A stretch of 64,000 nucleotides of DNA from Geopsychrobacteraceae bacterium (GTDB lineage: Bacteria; Desulfobacterota; Desulfuromonadia; Desulfuromonadales; Geopsychrobacteraceae): assembly GCA_963676795.2 (NCBI GenBank), contig CAXXTB010000002.1:960001-1024000 (forward strand), written 5' to 3'. Positions 18,318 to 27,534 of the stretch are shown in pieces. Both the position numbers and the translations under genes were made by a program. The notes under the pieces are model-generated. The model was not told the origin of the DNA. It saw nothing but the letters and a program-made list of their open reading frames with translations, and made no database searches. Every line of letters starts with the position of its first letter. Positions within the stretch are counted from its first letter, which is position 1.

Positions 18318-20441
18318 ATGTTATTGTCATTAAAAAGCAGGAAAAGAGCATTTGATCGCTTTAGGCAGCATCAAACGTCTGATCATATTGTACAGTGCCA
18401 AAATGAGATCCTTGCACAGCTTTCAAGAAAACTTTATGACAGTGCCGCTTTTGAAGAATTGATCGATTTTATCTATTCCCGGATGCTCTCCCATTTTCCT
18501 CTCTCCTCTCCGTTTATCGAAATAAAAATAAGCAAGCATGGTGGATGTTCCCGTTATTCTGCAGGAACTTTATCAGAGCAGCAGGGCAGTTTGCAGGGCG
18601 TCACGCAGCAGGATTTTATGCGGCGCAGTATGGCAACTGGCGATGTGCTGGTGTTTTCTCAGGGGCGGTATTTGACCCGGCAGAGGCTGGGGCAAGTGAC
18701 CGGAGTAGTCTGGATAGCGGTCCCTTTTATTCTTGAAGAGCAGGTGGTCGGCGTATTGGGAGGTTCCTGGCCTGCTCTTCGACCTCAAGAATGTGAAAAA
18801 CTGATCGATTTGATGGTGATGGTTTCCGGATTGATCTCAGTAGCCTTAAGTGCCATGGAGAGGACGCAAGGGGGCAGGGCTGGAGGCATTGAAGCCAGCC
18901 AGCAGCTACAGACCTTTTTCAATGCTATTCATGATGCTATCTTTATTCATTCTTTCCAGGAAGAGGGGTTCGGAAATATTCTCGAAGTCAATGATGTCGC
19001 CTGCAGCAGATATGGGTTCTCCAGAGATCAGTTCCTGGAGATGACGGTCGAATCTTTTAATGCGCCGGAACATATCGTGCAGCGGGGAAATCGCAAAACT
19101 CGAAAAAAACTATTGGAGCGGGGGCAGGATTTTTTTAATGCGGTCCATAGGAATAAGGATGGGGAGGAGTTTCCCGTTGAGATTAACTCGACAATCTTTG
19201 AGCAGAACGGCAGAAAGCTTATTATGTCGGTTGCGCGAGATATCTCTGAAAGAATGAACGCGCAAAAAGAGCAGAGAAAGCTTGAAGAGCGTCTTGGTCA
19301 GGCACAAAAATTGGAGGCTATCGGTACTCTCGCAGGTGGAATTGCTCACGATTTTAACAATATTTTGGCTGCAATGCTCGGGCATACTGAATTAATCAGA
19401 TTCAGGCTCGAACCTGATAGTTCTTGTCGGCCTAGTGTCGAAAGGGTACTTGAGGCGGGTGGTCGTGCAAAGGATTTGATCCAGCAGATCCTGCTTTTCA
19501 GCAGAAATGCAGAGCTGAAATGCTCAATTTTCAGGCCCGTACCTCTTGTTCGGGAGGCTATGAAAATACTGCGTTCTACCCTGCCATCGATACATGAAAT
19601 AGAACTCAATCTGGACGAACAGACCGCTGCAGTCCTGGTCAATCCGGTCCAGATGCAGCAGGTATTAATCAATCTTGTCATAAACAGCTCACAGGCTATC
19701 GGGGACAGAAGCGGTAAAATAATTATCTCCATATCTCAGAGCTTTTTCTCAGCAAGTGATCTTATCTATCATCCGCAGGCAAAAGCGGGGCATTATGTCC
19801 GTTTCTCTATTTCTGATAACGGAGCCGGAATTGATCCTGAAGTGGTTGAAAAAATATTCGAACCCTATTTCACGACCAAGAAGGTTGGCGAAGGAACCGG
19901 TCTCGGCCTCTCAATCGTCCACGGAATAGTCAAGAATTTCGGCGGTTTCATGGCCGTTTATAGCGAGCCCGGGGACGGCGCCTCAATGCATGTCTTCCTG
20001 CCGGCGGTTGATGACGAGGGGGCGGTGATTGAGGCTGCCGACGATGATTGTCTGCCGCAGGGATGTGAGCATGTTCTTTACGTTGACGATGAGTCGATGC
20101 TGACCGAACTGGGAGTGCAGATGTTGCAGGGACTGGGCTATGAGGTTGTCGCAACGAACCGGAGCGAAGAAGCCCTGGAGCTGTTCCGCCAAGCTCCAGA
20201 TCAGTTTGACATTGTCATTTCGGATCAGACGATGCCTGGTATGACGGGAATCTGTCTTGCCGAGGAACTAAAGGCGATCAGGGCGGATATCCCTGTTGTT
20301 CTCTGTACCGGTTTCAGCGCAAACCTTGGTCCGGAAAAATTGCGCAAGAGCGGAGTAGAAGAGTTGCTCGTCAAGCCTGTCTCAATGAAGGAGCTGGCTG
20401 TTACAATTCGCAGGATTCTTGGATCATTGCCAACGGCATAA
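18318..20441 (+). CDS. Hybrid sensor histidine kinase (GAF-like, PAS, HisKA, HATPase, REC)
   Basis: GTLAGGIAHDFNN H-box, DNGAG, FEPYFTTK..GTGLGL, REC domain YVDDE..DQTMP..KP. Confidence 0.9.
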   Translation: MLLSLKSRKRAFDRFRQHQTSDHIVQCQNEILAQLSRKLYDSAAFEELIDFIYSRMLSHFPLSSPFIEIKISKHGGCSRYSAGTLSEQQGSLQGVTQQDFMRRSMATGDVLVFSQGRYLTRQRLGQVTGVVWIAVPFILEEQVVGVLGGSWPALRPQECEKLIDLMVMVSGLISVALSAMERTQGGRAGGIEASQQLQTFFNAIHDAIFIHSFQEEGFGNILEVNDVACSRYGFSRDQFLEMTVESFNAPEHIVQRGNRKTRKKLLERGQDFFNAVHRNKDGEEFPVEINSTIFEQNGRKLIMSVARDISERMNAQKEQRKLEERLGQAQKLEAIGTLAGGIAHDFNNILAAMLGHTELIRFRLEPDSSCRPSVERVLEAGGRAKDLIQQILLFSRNAELKCSIFRPVPLVREAMKILRSTLPSIHEIELNLDEQTAAVLVNPVQMQQVLINLVINSSQAIGDRSGKIIISISQSFFSASDLIYHPQAKAGHYVRFSISDNGAGIDPEVVEKIFEPYFTTKKVGEGTGLGLSIVHGIVKNFGGFMAVYSEPGDGASMHVFLPAVDDEGAVIEAADDDCLPQGCEHVLYVDDESMLTELGVQMLQGLGYEVVATNRSEEALELFRQAPDQFDIVISDQTMPGMTGICLAEELKAIRADIPVVLCTGFSANLGPEKLRKSGVEELLVKPVSMKELAVTIRRILGSLPTA

Positions 20442-20480
20442 GTATAGCTAGTGCTTGTTTCTATTATCAGACAATAGTTG

Positions 20481-20519
20481 AAAAAGGCACCAGGCTGCGA
20501 AGGCTCTGGTGCCTTTTTT
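20481..20519. terminator. Bidirectional intrinsic terminator
   Basis: AAAAAGGCACCAG...CTGGTGCCTTTTTT. Confidence 0.75.
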
Positions 20520-20521
20520 GC

Positions 20522-20552
20522 AAAAAAAATGCCCCAACTGGCAGGTTGGGGC
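20522..20552 (-). terminator. Terminator of the SAM-I riboswitch expression platform
   Basis: Minus strand GCCCCAAC-ctgcca-GTTGGGGC-A-TTTTTTTT, 12 nt after the aptamer. Confidence 0.8.
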
Positions 20553-20564
20553 TAAAAGTGCAGT

Positions 20565-20651
20565 CTTATCTCTCTGGAATTAGCACCGTTACTCCGGATG
20601 AGGCGGTTGCTGCAGTGTCACAGGGCCAGTCCCTCGACTGCTCTTGATAAG
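20565..20651 (-). ncRNA. SAM-I (S-box) riboswitch aptamer, lacking P4
   Basis: Reverse complement CTTATCAAGAGCAGTCGAGGGACTGGCCCTGTGACACTGCAGCAACC...GGTGCTAATTCCAGAGAGATAAG: P1 CTTATC/GATAAG, GAGGGA/GCCC kink-turn arm, GCAACC/GGTGC P3, pseudoknot CTGG/CCAG. Confidence 0.92.
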
Positions 20652-20660
20652 TTATGATAA

Positions 20661-20688
20661 AAAATACCAGATAGTATTATTCTGTCAA
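20661..20688 (-). promoter_or_regulatory. Candidate sigma70 promoter for the riboswitch transcript
   Basis: Minus strand TTGACA-N16-TATTTT ending about 10 nt before the aptamer. Confidence 0.5.
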
Positions 20689-20970
20689 GTGAAGAATAGC
20701 TGTGAGTCGTTTTTGAAGCGCTCCGGAATTTGGACCATCTCAGCTGGTTCGAATGTCGTTAAGTGTGTTTCCTCTCCCCTGTTTAAAATTAATTATTATA
20801 CGTTTTCAGTCAGTTACCTTTTTTGATTAGCGGTCATTCCAGGGATTGTTTCCGGTTCACTTCGTTAAATATGGATTGTTTTGTCGCAAACTTATTGTTA
20901 TACGTGAATCGATTCTGGTTCTTGGCGAGAAGAGATGATTCTTTTATTTGACTGAGTCAGGGAGGCTGGT

Positions 20971-22437
20971 GTGGCAGATAACCGGGTAAAAGATTCTAAG
21001 GTTTCAACGAAGGAAAACGATGCACTTTACAAAAAAGGTCAGTTGCAGGTCCTTGAAATGGGCGACAATGTTGCTGATGGGGTGTTCGTCGTTGATCAGG
21101 ACGGTCTGATCCTTGGTGCGAACAGTCTGATCTGCGAATGGTTCAAGCTGTGTGAGTCAAAGCTGAAGGGGAAGCATATTTCGGTGACCCAGGAAGAGAT
21201 TGCCAAAGCGAATACGACAATGCTCAAGGATTTTCGCTCTGTAACGAATGTTTTCTGGGAGAAAAATACTCAAAAACGAGTTCTGATGACCTGTTCTCCC
21301 TTCTTCACTCAGGAGGGCGTTTTTCTCTGTGGTGTAACGGTACTGCGTGACTTGACCGATATTCTGGAACTCAGCTTTCAACTGAATATGATGAAAAATG
21401 AAAAGCAGATGCCGCCTGATGAACGCGACAAGCTGAAAGGACGTTACGAGAATACCCCGCTTGTCGGAGACAGTAAATATATGCTTCGCCTCAAGCACAC
21501 TGTTGAGCGTGTTGCAAAAACAGATGCAACCGTGCTGATCCAAGGCGAGACCGGAAGTGGCAAGGAGGTGGTTGCCAGGGAATTGCATCGCTGCTCCTCC
21601 CGTTTTAACAAGCCGTTTATCACCATTAATTGTGCGGCCATTCCGGAAAGTCTTTTGGAGTCAGAGCTGTTTGGCTATGTGAAGGGTGCGTTTACCAATT
21701 CAGCCAACAAAGACAAAAAAGGTCTATTTGAAGCTGCAGACGGAGGAACCCTGCTTCTTGATGAAATTGGCGATATGCCGTTGGCCCTGCAGACCAAACT
21801 GTTGCGTGTGCTGCAGGAAAAGGAAATCAGGCGTATCGGAGATACATCGAAAATTCCTGTCGATGTCAGGTTCTTGGCGGCGACAAATTGTGATCTGGTC
21901 TCAATGGTCAAAGAAAAGAAATTCCGGCAGGATCTGTACTTCAGGCTCAATGTTGTCAATATCATTATTGCTCCATTGAGAGAAAGAAAAGATGATATCG
22001 GAATGTTATCAGACAGTATTCTCCGGAAGTATAATGGCAAATATGGAAAAAAATGCAGTTTGGATATGAGGGCATTGTTCGCTCTGGAGCAACACGACTG
22101 GCCAGGCAACGTCAGAGAACTGGAAAATGTTATTGAGCGACTGGTTCTATTCGGTGATGAAGTGATCGGTTTTGACGATGTCTACGAGATTGTTAATGTC
22201 ACTAAGAAACATTTTCCTTATGAGACCTTCAATACCTCTGCCATGACCAGTTCGTTTTATGGCGACATGTCCCTGAAGGAGCAGGTTCAGGAGTTTGAGC
22301 GCCAAAAAATCTCCGAGGCCCTGCAAAAGTGCGGCAGTACCCGCAAGGCTGCCAAGCTGCTTGGGATGAGTCAGTCCAGCATCATGAGGCGGATACAGGC
22401 TTTGGAGATCAATGAAATCCAGGAACAATCAGTCTGA
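20971..22437 (+). CDS. Sigma54-dependent PAS-AAA+-HTH activator
   Basis: PAS-like N-terminus, GETGSGKE, variant GAFTNS loop, WPGNVRELEN, TyrR-like HTH GSTRKAAKLLGMSQSSIMR. Confidence 0.9.
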   Translation: MADNRVKDSKVSTKENDALYKKGQLQVLEMGDNVADGVFVVDQDGLILGANSLICEWFKLCESKLKGKHISVTQEEIAKANTTMLKDFRSVTNVFWEKNTQKRVLMTCSPFFTQEGVFLCGVTVLRDLTDILELSFQLNMMKNEKQMPPDERDKLKGRYENTPLVGDSKYMLRLKHTVERVAKTDATVLIQGETGSGKEVVARELHRCSSRFNKPFITINCAAIPESLLESELFGYVKGAFTNSANKDKKGLFEAADGGTLLLDEIGDMPLALQTKLLRVLQEKEIRRIGDTSKIPVDVRFLAATNCDLVSMVKEKKFRQDLYFRLNVVNIIIAPLRERKDDIGMLSDSILRKYNGKYGKKCSLDMRALFALEQHDWPGNVRELENVIERLVLFGDEVIGFDDVYEIVNVTKKHFPYETFNTSAMTSSFYGDMSLKEQVQEFERQKISEALQKCGSTRKAAKLLGMSQSSIMRRIQALEINEIQEQSV

Positions 22438-22784
22438 TTCGAAATCGATTCGCTTTTTGTGGCCGATCCGGAATCGGTTTGTTTTGTATAAAGCTTAATA
22501 AAAACAGTTGTTTTTGTGTTTTTTCGAATTCTTCCATAGTGCCATCTCCCGCCAACAGTTCTTCATTATGCCGTCTTAGGACGGCATTTTTTTTTCGTAC
22601 AGCACCTGGATATTGAGTGTTTTTGTCAAGCTGTGCTCCCTTCGCCGCTCTGACCTCTTCTGTTTTGATCGATGTCATCTCGCTGGATCCTTTGTAAGTC
22701 ATCAAAACTATTAGTTTAATACCTGCTCCAGGTTCTATTTTTCCAGGCGGGAAAATCAATTATTTCTCGATTCAAAAACGGTTC
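22436..22784. promoter_or_regulatory. Three copies of a 16-bp pseudo-palindromic enhancer motif
   Basis: GATTCGAAATCGATTC (22436), GATCCGGAATCGGTTT (22465), GATTCAAAAACGGTTC (22769). Confidence 0.55.
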
Positions 22785-22935
22785 AGCGTGGCGTCCGCTC
22801 GTGATGTTCAGTTTTTAAAACATCTCCCATTCATAAAATTTTGAATTTTCTTCAGTTTTTAACTATCTGTAAATACTGATAAAATAACCTTGTCATAGTC
22901 TTTTTTCTGCAAATTGAAAGCGTAAAAAAAACGTT

Positions 22936-22951
22936 TGGCCCGCTCTTTGCC
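22936..22951 (+). promoter_or_regulatory. Sigma54 promoter of the catabolic operon
   Basis: TGGCCCGCTCTTTGC: GG-N10-GC, about 65 bp before the cupin ATG. Confidence 0.8.
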
Positions 22952-23015
22952 ATAGTCCAAAAGCAAGAAACATTCGTCGAAAACAAAAACTAGATTTGCA
23001 AAGGAGGTTCTGGCG

Positions 23016-23363
23016 ATGAGTTACAAGATCGTTCGCAAAGAGGATGCCTATGGATACGAGGCTCCATTGCATTACCAGATGAAGGCGACGCGACTCCACG
23101 ATCCTGATGATGTCAACGATGGTCGGCTGGTTATCGGGCTTTCTCATTTCCTGCCGGGGGGAGGTTGTGAATTCGGCTGCAACCAGATGGAGAGCGTTTA
23201 TTACATCATTGCCGGTCAGATGACTTTGAAGACTGAGCTGGAAGAAACCGTTTTAAATCAAGGGGATAGCTTTCATTGTGGAGCAGGAACACTGAAGGGT
23301 ATCCATAACTTTGGGACGGAGTCATGCCAAATGCTGGTTTGTCTCTTACCGCCCAAAAAATGA
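23016..23363 (+). CDS. Cupin domain protein
   Basis: GLSHFLPGGG..ESVYYIIAGQM..L.QGDS.H cupin barrel pattern; GGAGG RBS. Confidence 0.85.
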   Translation: MSYKIVRKEDAYGYEAPLHYQMKATRLHDPDDVNDGRLVIGLSHFLPGGGCEFGCNQMESVYYIIAGQMTLKTELEETVLNQGDSFHCGAGTLKGIHNFGTESCQMLVCLLPPKK

Positions 23364-23382
23364 TTCAGGGAGGCGCTTAGCT

Positions 23383-24162
23383 ATGAAAAATTTATTTGAT
23401 TTGACAGGGAAAAAGGCCGTCGTCATCGGCGGCGGTGGCGGCATCGGCAAGGCGATTGCCGCCGGACTTGCGTCTGCTGGCGCTGAGGTTGTCATTGCTA
23501 GCCGCAATATGCAGACGCTGGAGGAGGCCTCGGCGGAAATCAAGGCTGAGACGGGTTGTTCTGTCGGTTGCCTGACCGTTGATGCATCCGATGCAGAAAG
23601 CATCCAGGCGTTGGCCGACGATTGTGTCACCAGGATGGGGACTGTCGATATCCTGGTGAATTCGCAAGGGTTTAACAAGAAGGTTCCGACGCTCGATATC
23701 CCGGTTGAAGACTGGGACGCAATGTTCAATGTCAATGTTCGTGGTGTCATGCTCGCCTGCAAGGCTTTTGGCAAGATCATGGTGGCCAAAAAATACGGCA
23801 AAATCATCAATGTCACTTCGATCCGCGGTATCCGTGCCGTCATCGGCGGTGCCGGGAACACCTGCTACAGCACCACCAAGGGCAGCGTGGATATGCTGAC
23901 CAAGAGTCTGGCTTCCGAATGGGCCAAGGATAATGTCCATGTCAACGGAATCGGTCCGGTCATCACCGAAACTCCGATGATGGTCAGTGTCTTCGAGCAA
24001 AATCCGGATTTGAAACCCAACATTCTGAAGAACATCCCTATGGGGCGAATCGGAAAAGCCGAAGATAACATCGGTCCGGCAATCTTCCTGGCATCGGAAG
24101 CCTCTGATTTTATGACCGGCCAGATCATCTACCCAGACGGTGGCAGCGCAGCCGTCGTCTAA
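23383..24162 (+). CDS. SDR oxidoreductase, putative phloroglucinol reductase
   Basis: GGGGGIG, ASR (basic residue suggesting NADPH), LVNSQGFNKK, YSTTK catalytic YxxxK, GQIIYPDGG. The family call is firm; the substrate is inferred from context. Confidence 0.75.
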   Translation: MKNLFDLTGKKAVVIGGGGGIGKAIAAGLASAGAEVVIASRNMQTLEEASAEIKAETGCSVGCLTVDASDAESIQALADDCVTRMGTVDILVNSQGFNKKVPTLDIPVEDWDAMFNVNVRGVMLACKAFGKIMVAKKYGKIINVTSIRGIRAVIGGAGNTCYSTTKGSVDMLTKSLASEWAKDNVHVNGIGPVITETPMMVSVFEQNPDLKPNILKNIPMGRIGKAEDNIGPAIFLASEASDFMTGQIIYPDGGSAAVV

Positions 24163-24201
24163 TTCATAGAGGCAACATCAAACCATTAAGGAGGAAAGAA
24201 A

Positions 24202-25209
24202 ATGGGTAAGAAAGTATTTATTGATTTGAGCCATCCTTTCAGTGCTGAAGCTCCACGCTGGCCATACTTTGAAAAGGCGACTGTTGACAGTGCCCACACC
24301 ATGGCTAAAAGCGGTGTTCTGACTCAATGGATCAACGTACCACAGCATACCGGTACTCACTGTGATGCTCCACGTCACGTCATGGAATACGAGTTCGATG
24401 GTCGTCGCGCCAGATATACCCACGAAATGCCGATCGATGCCTATACCGGTGAGGCTGTCTGTCTGCCTATCGAGGTCGAGCCATGGGCTCTGATCAAGCC
24501 TGCTGATCTTGAAGCGGGTTGTGCCAAAGCGAAAATCAAACCGTCAGAGCTGGCTGGCATGGTTGTCGTTCTGGATACCGGCATGCACAAGTACTACGAC
24601 GATTCCAAAGCTTACTATCACTATGCCTGCGGTACTGGTGTTGACGCCGGTAACTGGTTTGTCGAGCACAAGGTCAAGTGTGTTGCCATGGACGGCCAGG
24701 CTCTTGATCACCCTCTGCACACCGCCATGGGTGTCAATGGTGGTACCCGTCTGAACCTGCTCGGTCATTCCGGTCGTCATCTGGTTGATGAGTACAAAGA
24801 GCTGTTCGGTGAAGAGGCTTATGCCGAATTCGACAAGGATGAATTCATCCGGGTGTTTGGCCAGAATGCATACGACGAGAAATATGGTTTCCTCGAAGCC
24901 CACAGCGGTTGGGGTACCTGGGAACCTTGTCACAAGCTGATGCTGGGTAATGGCATCGTCGGTGTCGAAAACCTCGGCGGCGACCTGTCCAAGGTCAGCG
25001 GCAAGCGTTTCCGTTTCAACTGCTTCCCGATGCGCTGGTACATGGGCGACGGTTCGATTGCCCGTTGTGTTGCCGAGATCGATGAAGACCAGCTTAATGA
25101 TGTACCGACCAGAGAGTATTTCTACTGCGGTACCGGCTATGCAGATGCAGCTCATGGCGGCGCAAACGGTTCCGAATATATCACGCGTTTGTTCAATCGT
25201 AATAAATAA
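24202..25209 (+). CDS. Cyclase (kynurenine formamidase-like) metal hydrolase, putative dihydrophloroglucinol cyclohydrolase
   Basis: IDLSHP, HTGTHCDAP metal motif, H..ML..GIVGVENL, GDGS; strong RBS and biased codons. Confidence 0.75.
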   Translation: MGKKVFIDLSHPFSAEAPRWPYFEKATVDSAHTMAKSGVLTQWINVPQHTGTHCDAPRHVMEYEFDGRRARYTHEMPIDAYTGEAVCLPIEVEPWALIKPADLEAGCAKAKIKPSELAGMVVVLDTGMHKYYDDSKAYYHYACGTGVDAGNWFVEHKVKCVAMDGQALDHPLHTAMGVNGGTRLNLLGHSGRHLVDEYKELFGEEAYAEFDKDEFIRVFGQNAYDEKYGFLEAHSGWGTWEPCHKLMLGNGIVGVENLGGDLSKVSGKRFRFNCFPMRWYMGDGSIARCVAEIDEDQLNDVPTREYFYCGTGYADAAHGGANGSEYITRLFNRNK

Positions 25210-25348
25210 AGTCGTTTTCGCGCCAGCCATTTGGAACGCTCCCGGAAGAACTCCCGGGGGCGTTCCAAAAGTACTTCTGAAGCTGATACTGACCCTGTGT
25301 CTGATGCTTGTGAGTGGCCGGCAATGTGTGAAGAAAGGGATAGATATT

Positions 25349-26536
25349 ATGCAGACAGAAGACGTCGTCATTTTAAGTGGTGCCCGTACGCCTATCGGCG
25401 ATTTTCAGGGCGCATTGAAAAGTGTTATGCCGGTAGAACTGGCTTGTATCGCTGCCAGTGAAGCGATCAAGAGAAGTCAGATTGCCCCGGAGCAGTTTGA
25501 AGAGCTTGCTCTGGGAATGCTTTATAAGCAGGGCTCCAAGGGAAACCCGGCCCGGCAGGTTCAGATCAAGAGTGGCATGCCTGACAGCAGTTGGGCTTAT
25601 ACCGTGGATCAGCAGTGCGCTTCCGGAATGCGGGCCTTCGAGAGTGTCGCTGCCTCTATTCAGCTTGGTAAGACATCTATCGGTCTCGCCGGTGGAGTCG
25701 AGAGCATGTCAAACGCGCCCTACCTGTTAATGAAAGCGCGCGATGGACATCGGATGGGGGATCAAATGGTCCTCGACAGTATGCTCTATGACGGACTGGT
25801 CTGTGCCCTGTATGGCAAACACATGGGGTGTACCGCTGAAAACCTGGCTGAAAAATACAATATCACTCGTCAAGAACAGGACGAATTGTCCCTTCTGAGC
25901 CACCAGCGGGCAACCGCAGCGATTGAAACAGGGGTGTTTGAAGAGGAGATCGTTCCTGTAACCATAAAGAATAAAAAGGGTGATGTCGTCGTCTCCAGGG
26001 ATGAACATCCCCGTAAGGATATAAGCCTTGAAAAACTGGCGTCGCTGCGGCCTGCGTTCCGGGAAAACGGAACAGTCACCGCCGGCAATGCCTCCAGTGT
26101 CAACGATGGTGCTGCTGCCCTGGTTTTGAGCAGCGCGACCAAGGCGGAAGAGTTGGGTGTCAGGCCCATCGCCAAGATCCTGTCTATCGCAAATGCCGGA
26201 GTCGCCCCTGAGATCATGGGGATCGGACCTGCCTATGCCATCCCCAAAGCTCTGGATATGGCCGGGCTGACCCTCGATGATATCGGCTGTTTCGAGATCA
26301 ATGAAGCCTTTGCCGCCCAGTTCCTTGCCTGTGACCGCGAGTTGAAGCTGGACATGAGCAAGGTCAATATCAACGGTTCCGGCATCGGCCTGGGGCATCC
26401 CGTAGGCTGTACCGGCGCCCGCATTCTGGTCTCACTTATTCATCAGATGAAGCGCATGGGAAGCCGTTACGGGCTGGCCTCCCTCTGTGTCGGCGGCGGA
26501 CCGGCTATGGCGACCGTTGTCAAGTTGATTGATTAA
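25349..26536 (+). CDS. Acetyl-CoA C-acetyltransferase (thiolase)
   Basis: RTPIG, QQCASG, NASSVNDGAAA, EINEAFA, GHPVGCTG, LCVGGG; start moved to 25349. Confidence 0.92.
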   Translation: MQTEDVVILSGARTPIGDFQGALKSVMPVELACIAASEAIKRSQIAPEQFEELALGMLYKQGSKGNPARQVQIKSGMPDSSWAYTVDQQCASGMRAFESVAASIQLGKTSIGLAGGVESMSNAPYLLMKARDGHRMGDQMVLDSMLYDGLVCALYGKHMGCTAENLAEKYNITRQEQDELSLLSHQRATAAIETGVFEEEIVPVTIKNKKGDVVVSRDEHPRKDISLEKLASLRPAFRENGTVTAGNASSVNDGAAALVLSSATKAEELGVRPIAKILSIANAGVAPEIMGIGPAYAIPKALDMAGLTLDDIGCFEINEAFAAQFLACDRELKLDMSKVNINGSGIGLGHPVGCTGARILVSLIHQMKRMGSRYGLASLCVGGGPAMATVVKLID

Positions 26537-26560
26537 TCATCACTTATAGGAGGAAGCACT

Positions 26561-27508
26561 ATGAGTATCAAGACTGTGACAGTCATTGGTGCAGGAATGA
26601 TGGGCAACGCGCTGGCTCAGGTTTTTGCCTCTAATCCTGACATTGAGAGGGTCATTTTAAGAACCAGGCAGCTCAAGGATGATCGTTTCGAACCTATCGA
26701 AAAAAATCTCGATATCATGATTGCCGCTGGTGCGGCAACCGAGGAAGAGAAGGTTTTCGTTCTGCGGCGCGTAGAGTTCATCACCGATTTGAAGGAAGCG
26801 ACCAAGGATTCGGATTTTGTCATTGAGTGCGCCCCTGAGGTGCTGGAGACGAAGCAGGACCTGTTCGCGGAGATTGAGGGTTACTGCGAGGACACGACGA
26901 TTCTCGCGACCAACACCTCGGTCATGAGTCCGACGGAAATTGCTGAGAAGTGCACTCATAAAGAGCGCGTCGTCGGAGCCCACTTCTGGAATCCGGGTCA
27001 CCTGATTCCCCTGGTCGAGGTGGTCAAGTCTGCCTACACCTCGGAAGAGGTTATGGATGCGACCATGGATCTGATGGCCAAGTGTGGCAAGGAACCGATC
27101 TACTGCAAGAAAGACGTTCCCGGTTTCGTCGCCAACCGCCTGCAGCATGCCCTGTGGCGTGAAGCCTTCTATATGGTGGAAAACGGCATTGCTGATGCGG
27201 CGACGGTCGACAAGGCCTGCAAGTTCGGACCGGGACTGCGCTGGCCGCAGATGGGGCCGATGGAAAACAGTGATATGGCAGGCCTGGATCTGACCAGAAA
27301 CATTCATAAATACATTCTCAAACATCTGGCAGACAACCACGAGCACAGTCATATGCTGGATGACATGTTGGAGCAGGGGCTGAACGGTTTCAAGACAGGT
27401 GGCAAAGGCTGGCAGGAGTGGACACCTGAACAGATGGAGGCGTCCTTTACTGGATTGCGCGAATATCTTCTTGAGTATCTGGCTAAGCGTAAACAGGGAA
27501 GTCGCTAG
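26561..27508 (+). CDS. 3-hydroxyacyl-CoA dehydrogenase family protein, putative 3-hydroxy-5-oxohexanoate dehydrogenase
   Basis: GAGMMG, IECAPE..KQ, TNTS, AHFWNP..PLVE, PGFVANRLQHAL.REA, GPGLRW (gulonate/carnitine dehydrogenase-like branch). Confidence 0.8.
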   Translation: MSIKTVTVIGAGMMGNALAQVFASNPDIERVILRTRQLKDDRFEPIEKNLDIMIAAGAATEEEKVFVLRRVEFITDLKEATKDSDFVIECAPEVLETKQDLFAEIEGYCEDTTILATNTSVMSPTEIAEKCTHKERVVGAHFWNPGHLIPLVEVVKSAYTSEEVMDATMDLMAKCGKEPIYCKKDVPGFVANRLQHALWREAFYMVENGIADAATVDKACKFGPGLRWPQMGPMENSDMAGLDLTRNIHKYILKHLADNHEHSHMLDDMLEQGLNGFKTGGKGWQEWTPEQMEASFTGLREYLLEYLAKRKQGSR

Positions 27509-27534
27509 TTAGCATAAACCAGTAACAATAATTT

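Noticed and set aside
24950..25348. 133-aa N-terminal extension of the thiolase in the ORF track
   Set aside because: Overlaps the cyclase gene and an intergenic hairpin; RBS and family N-terminus support ATG 25349.
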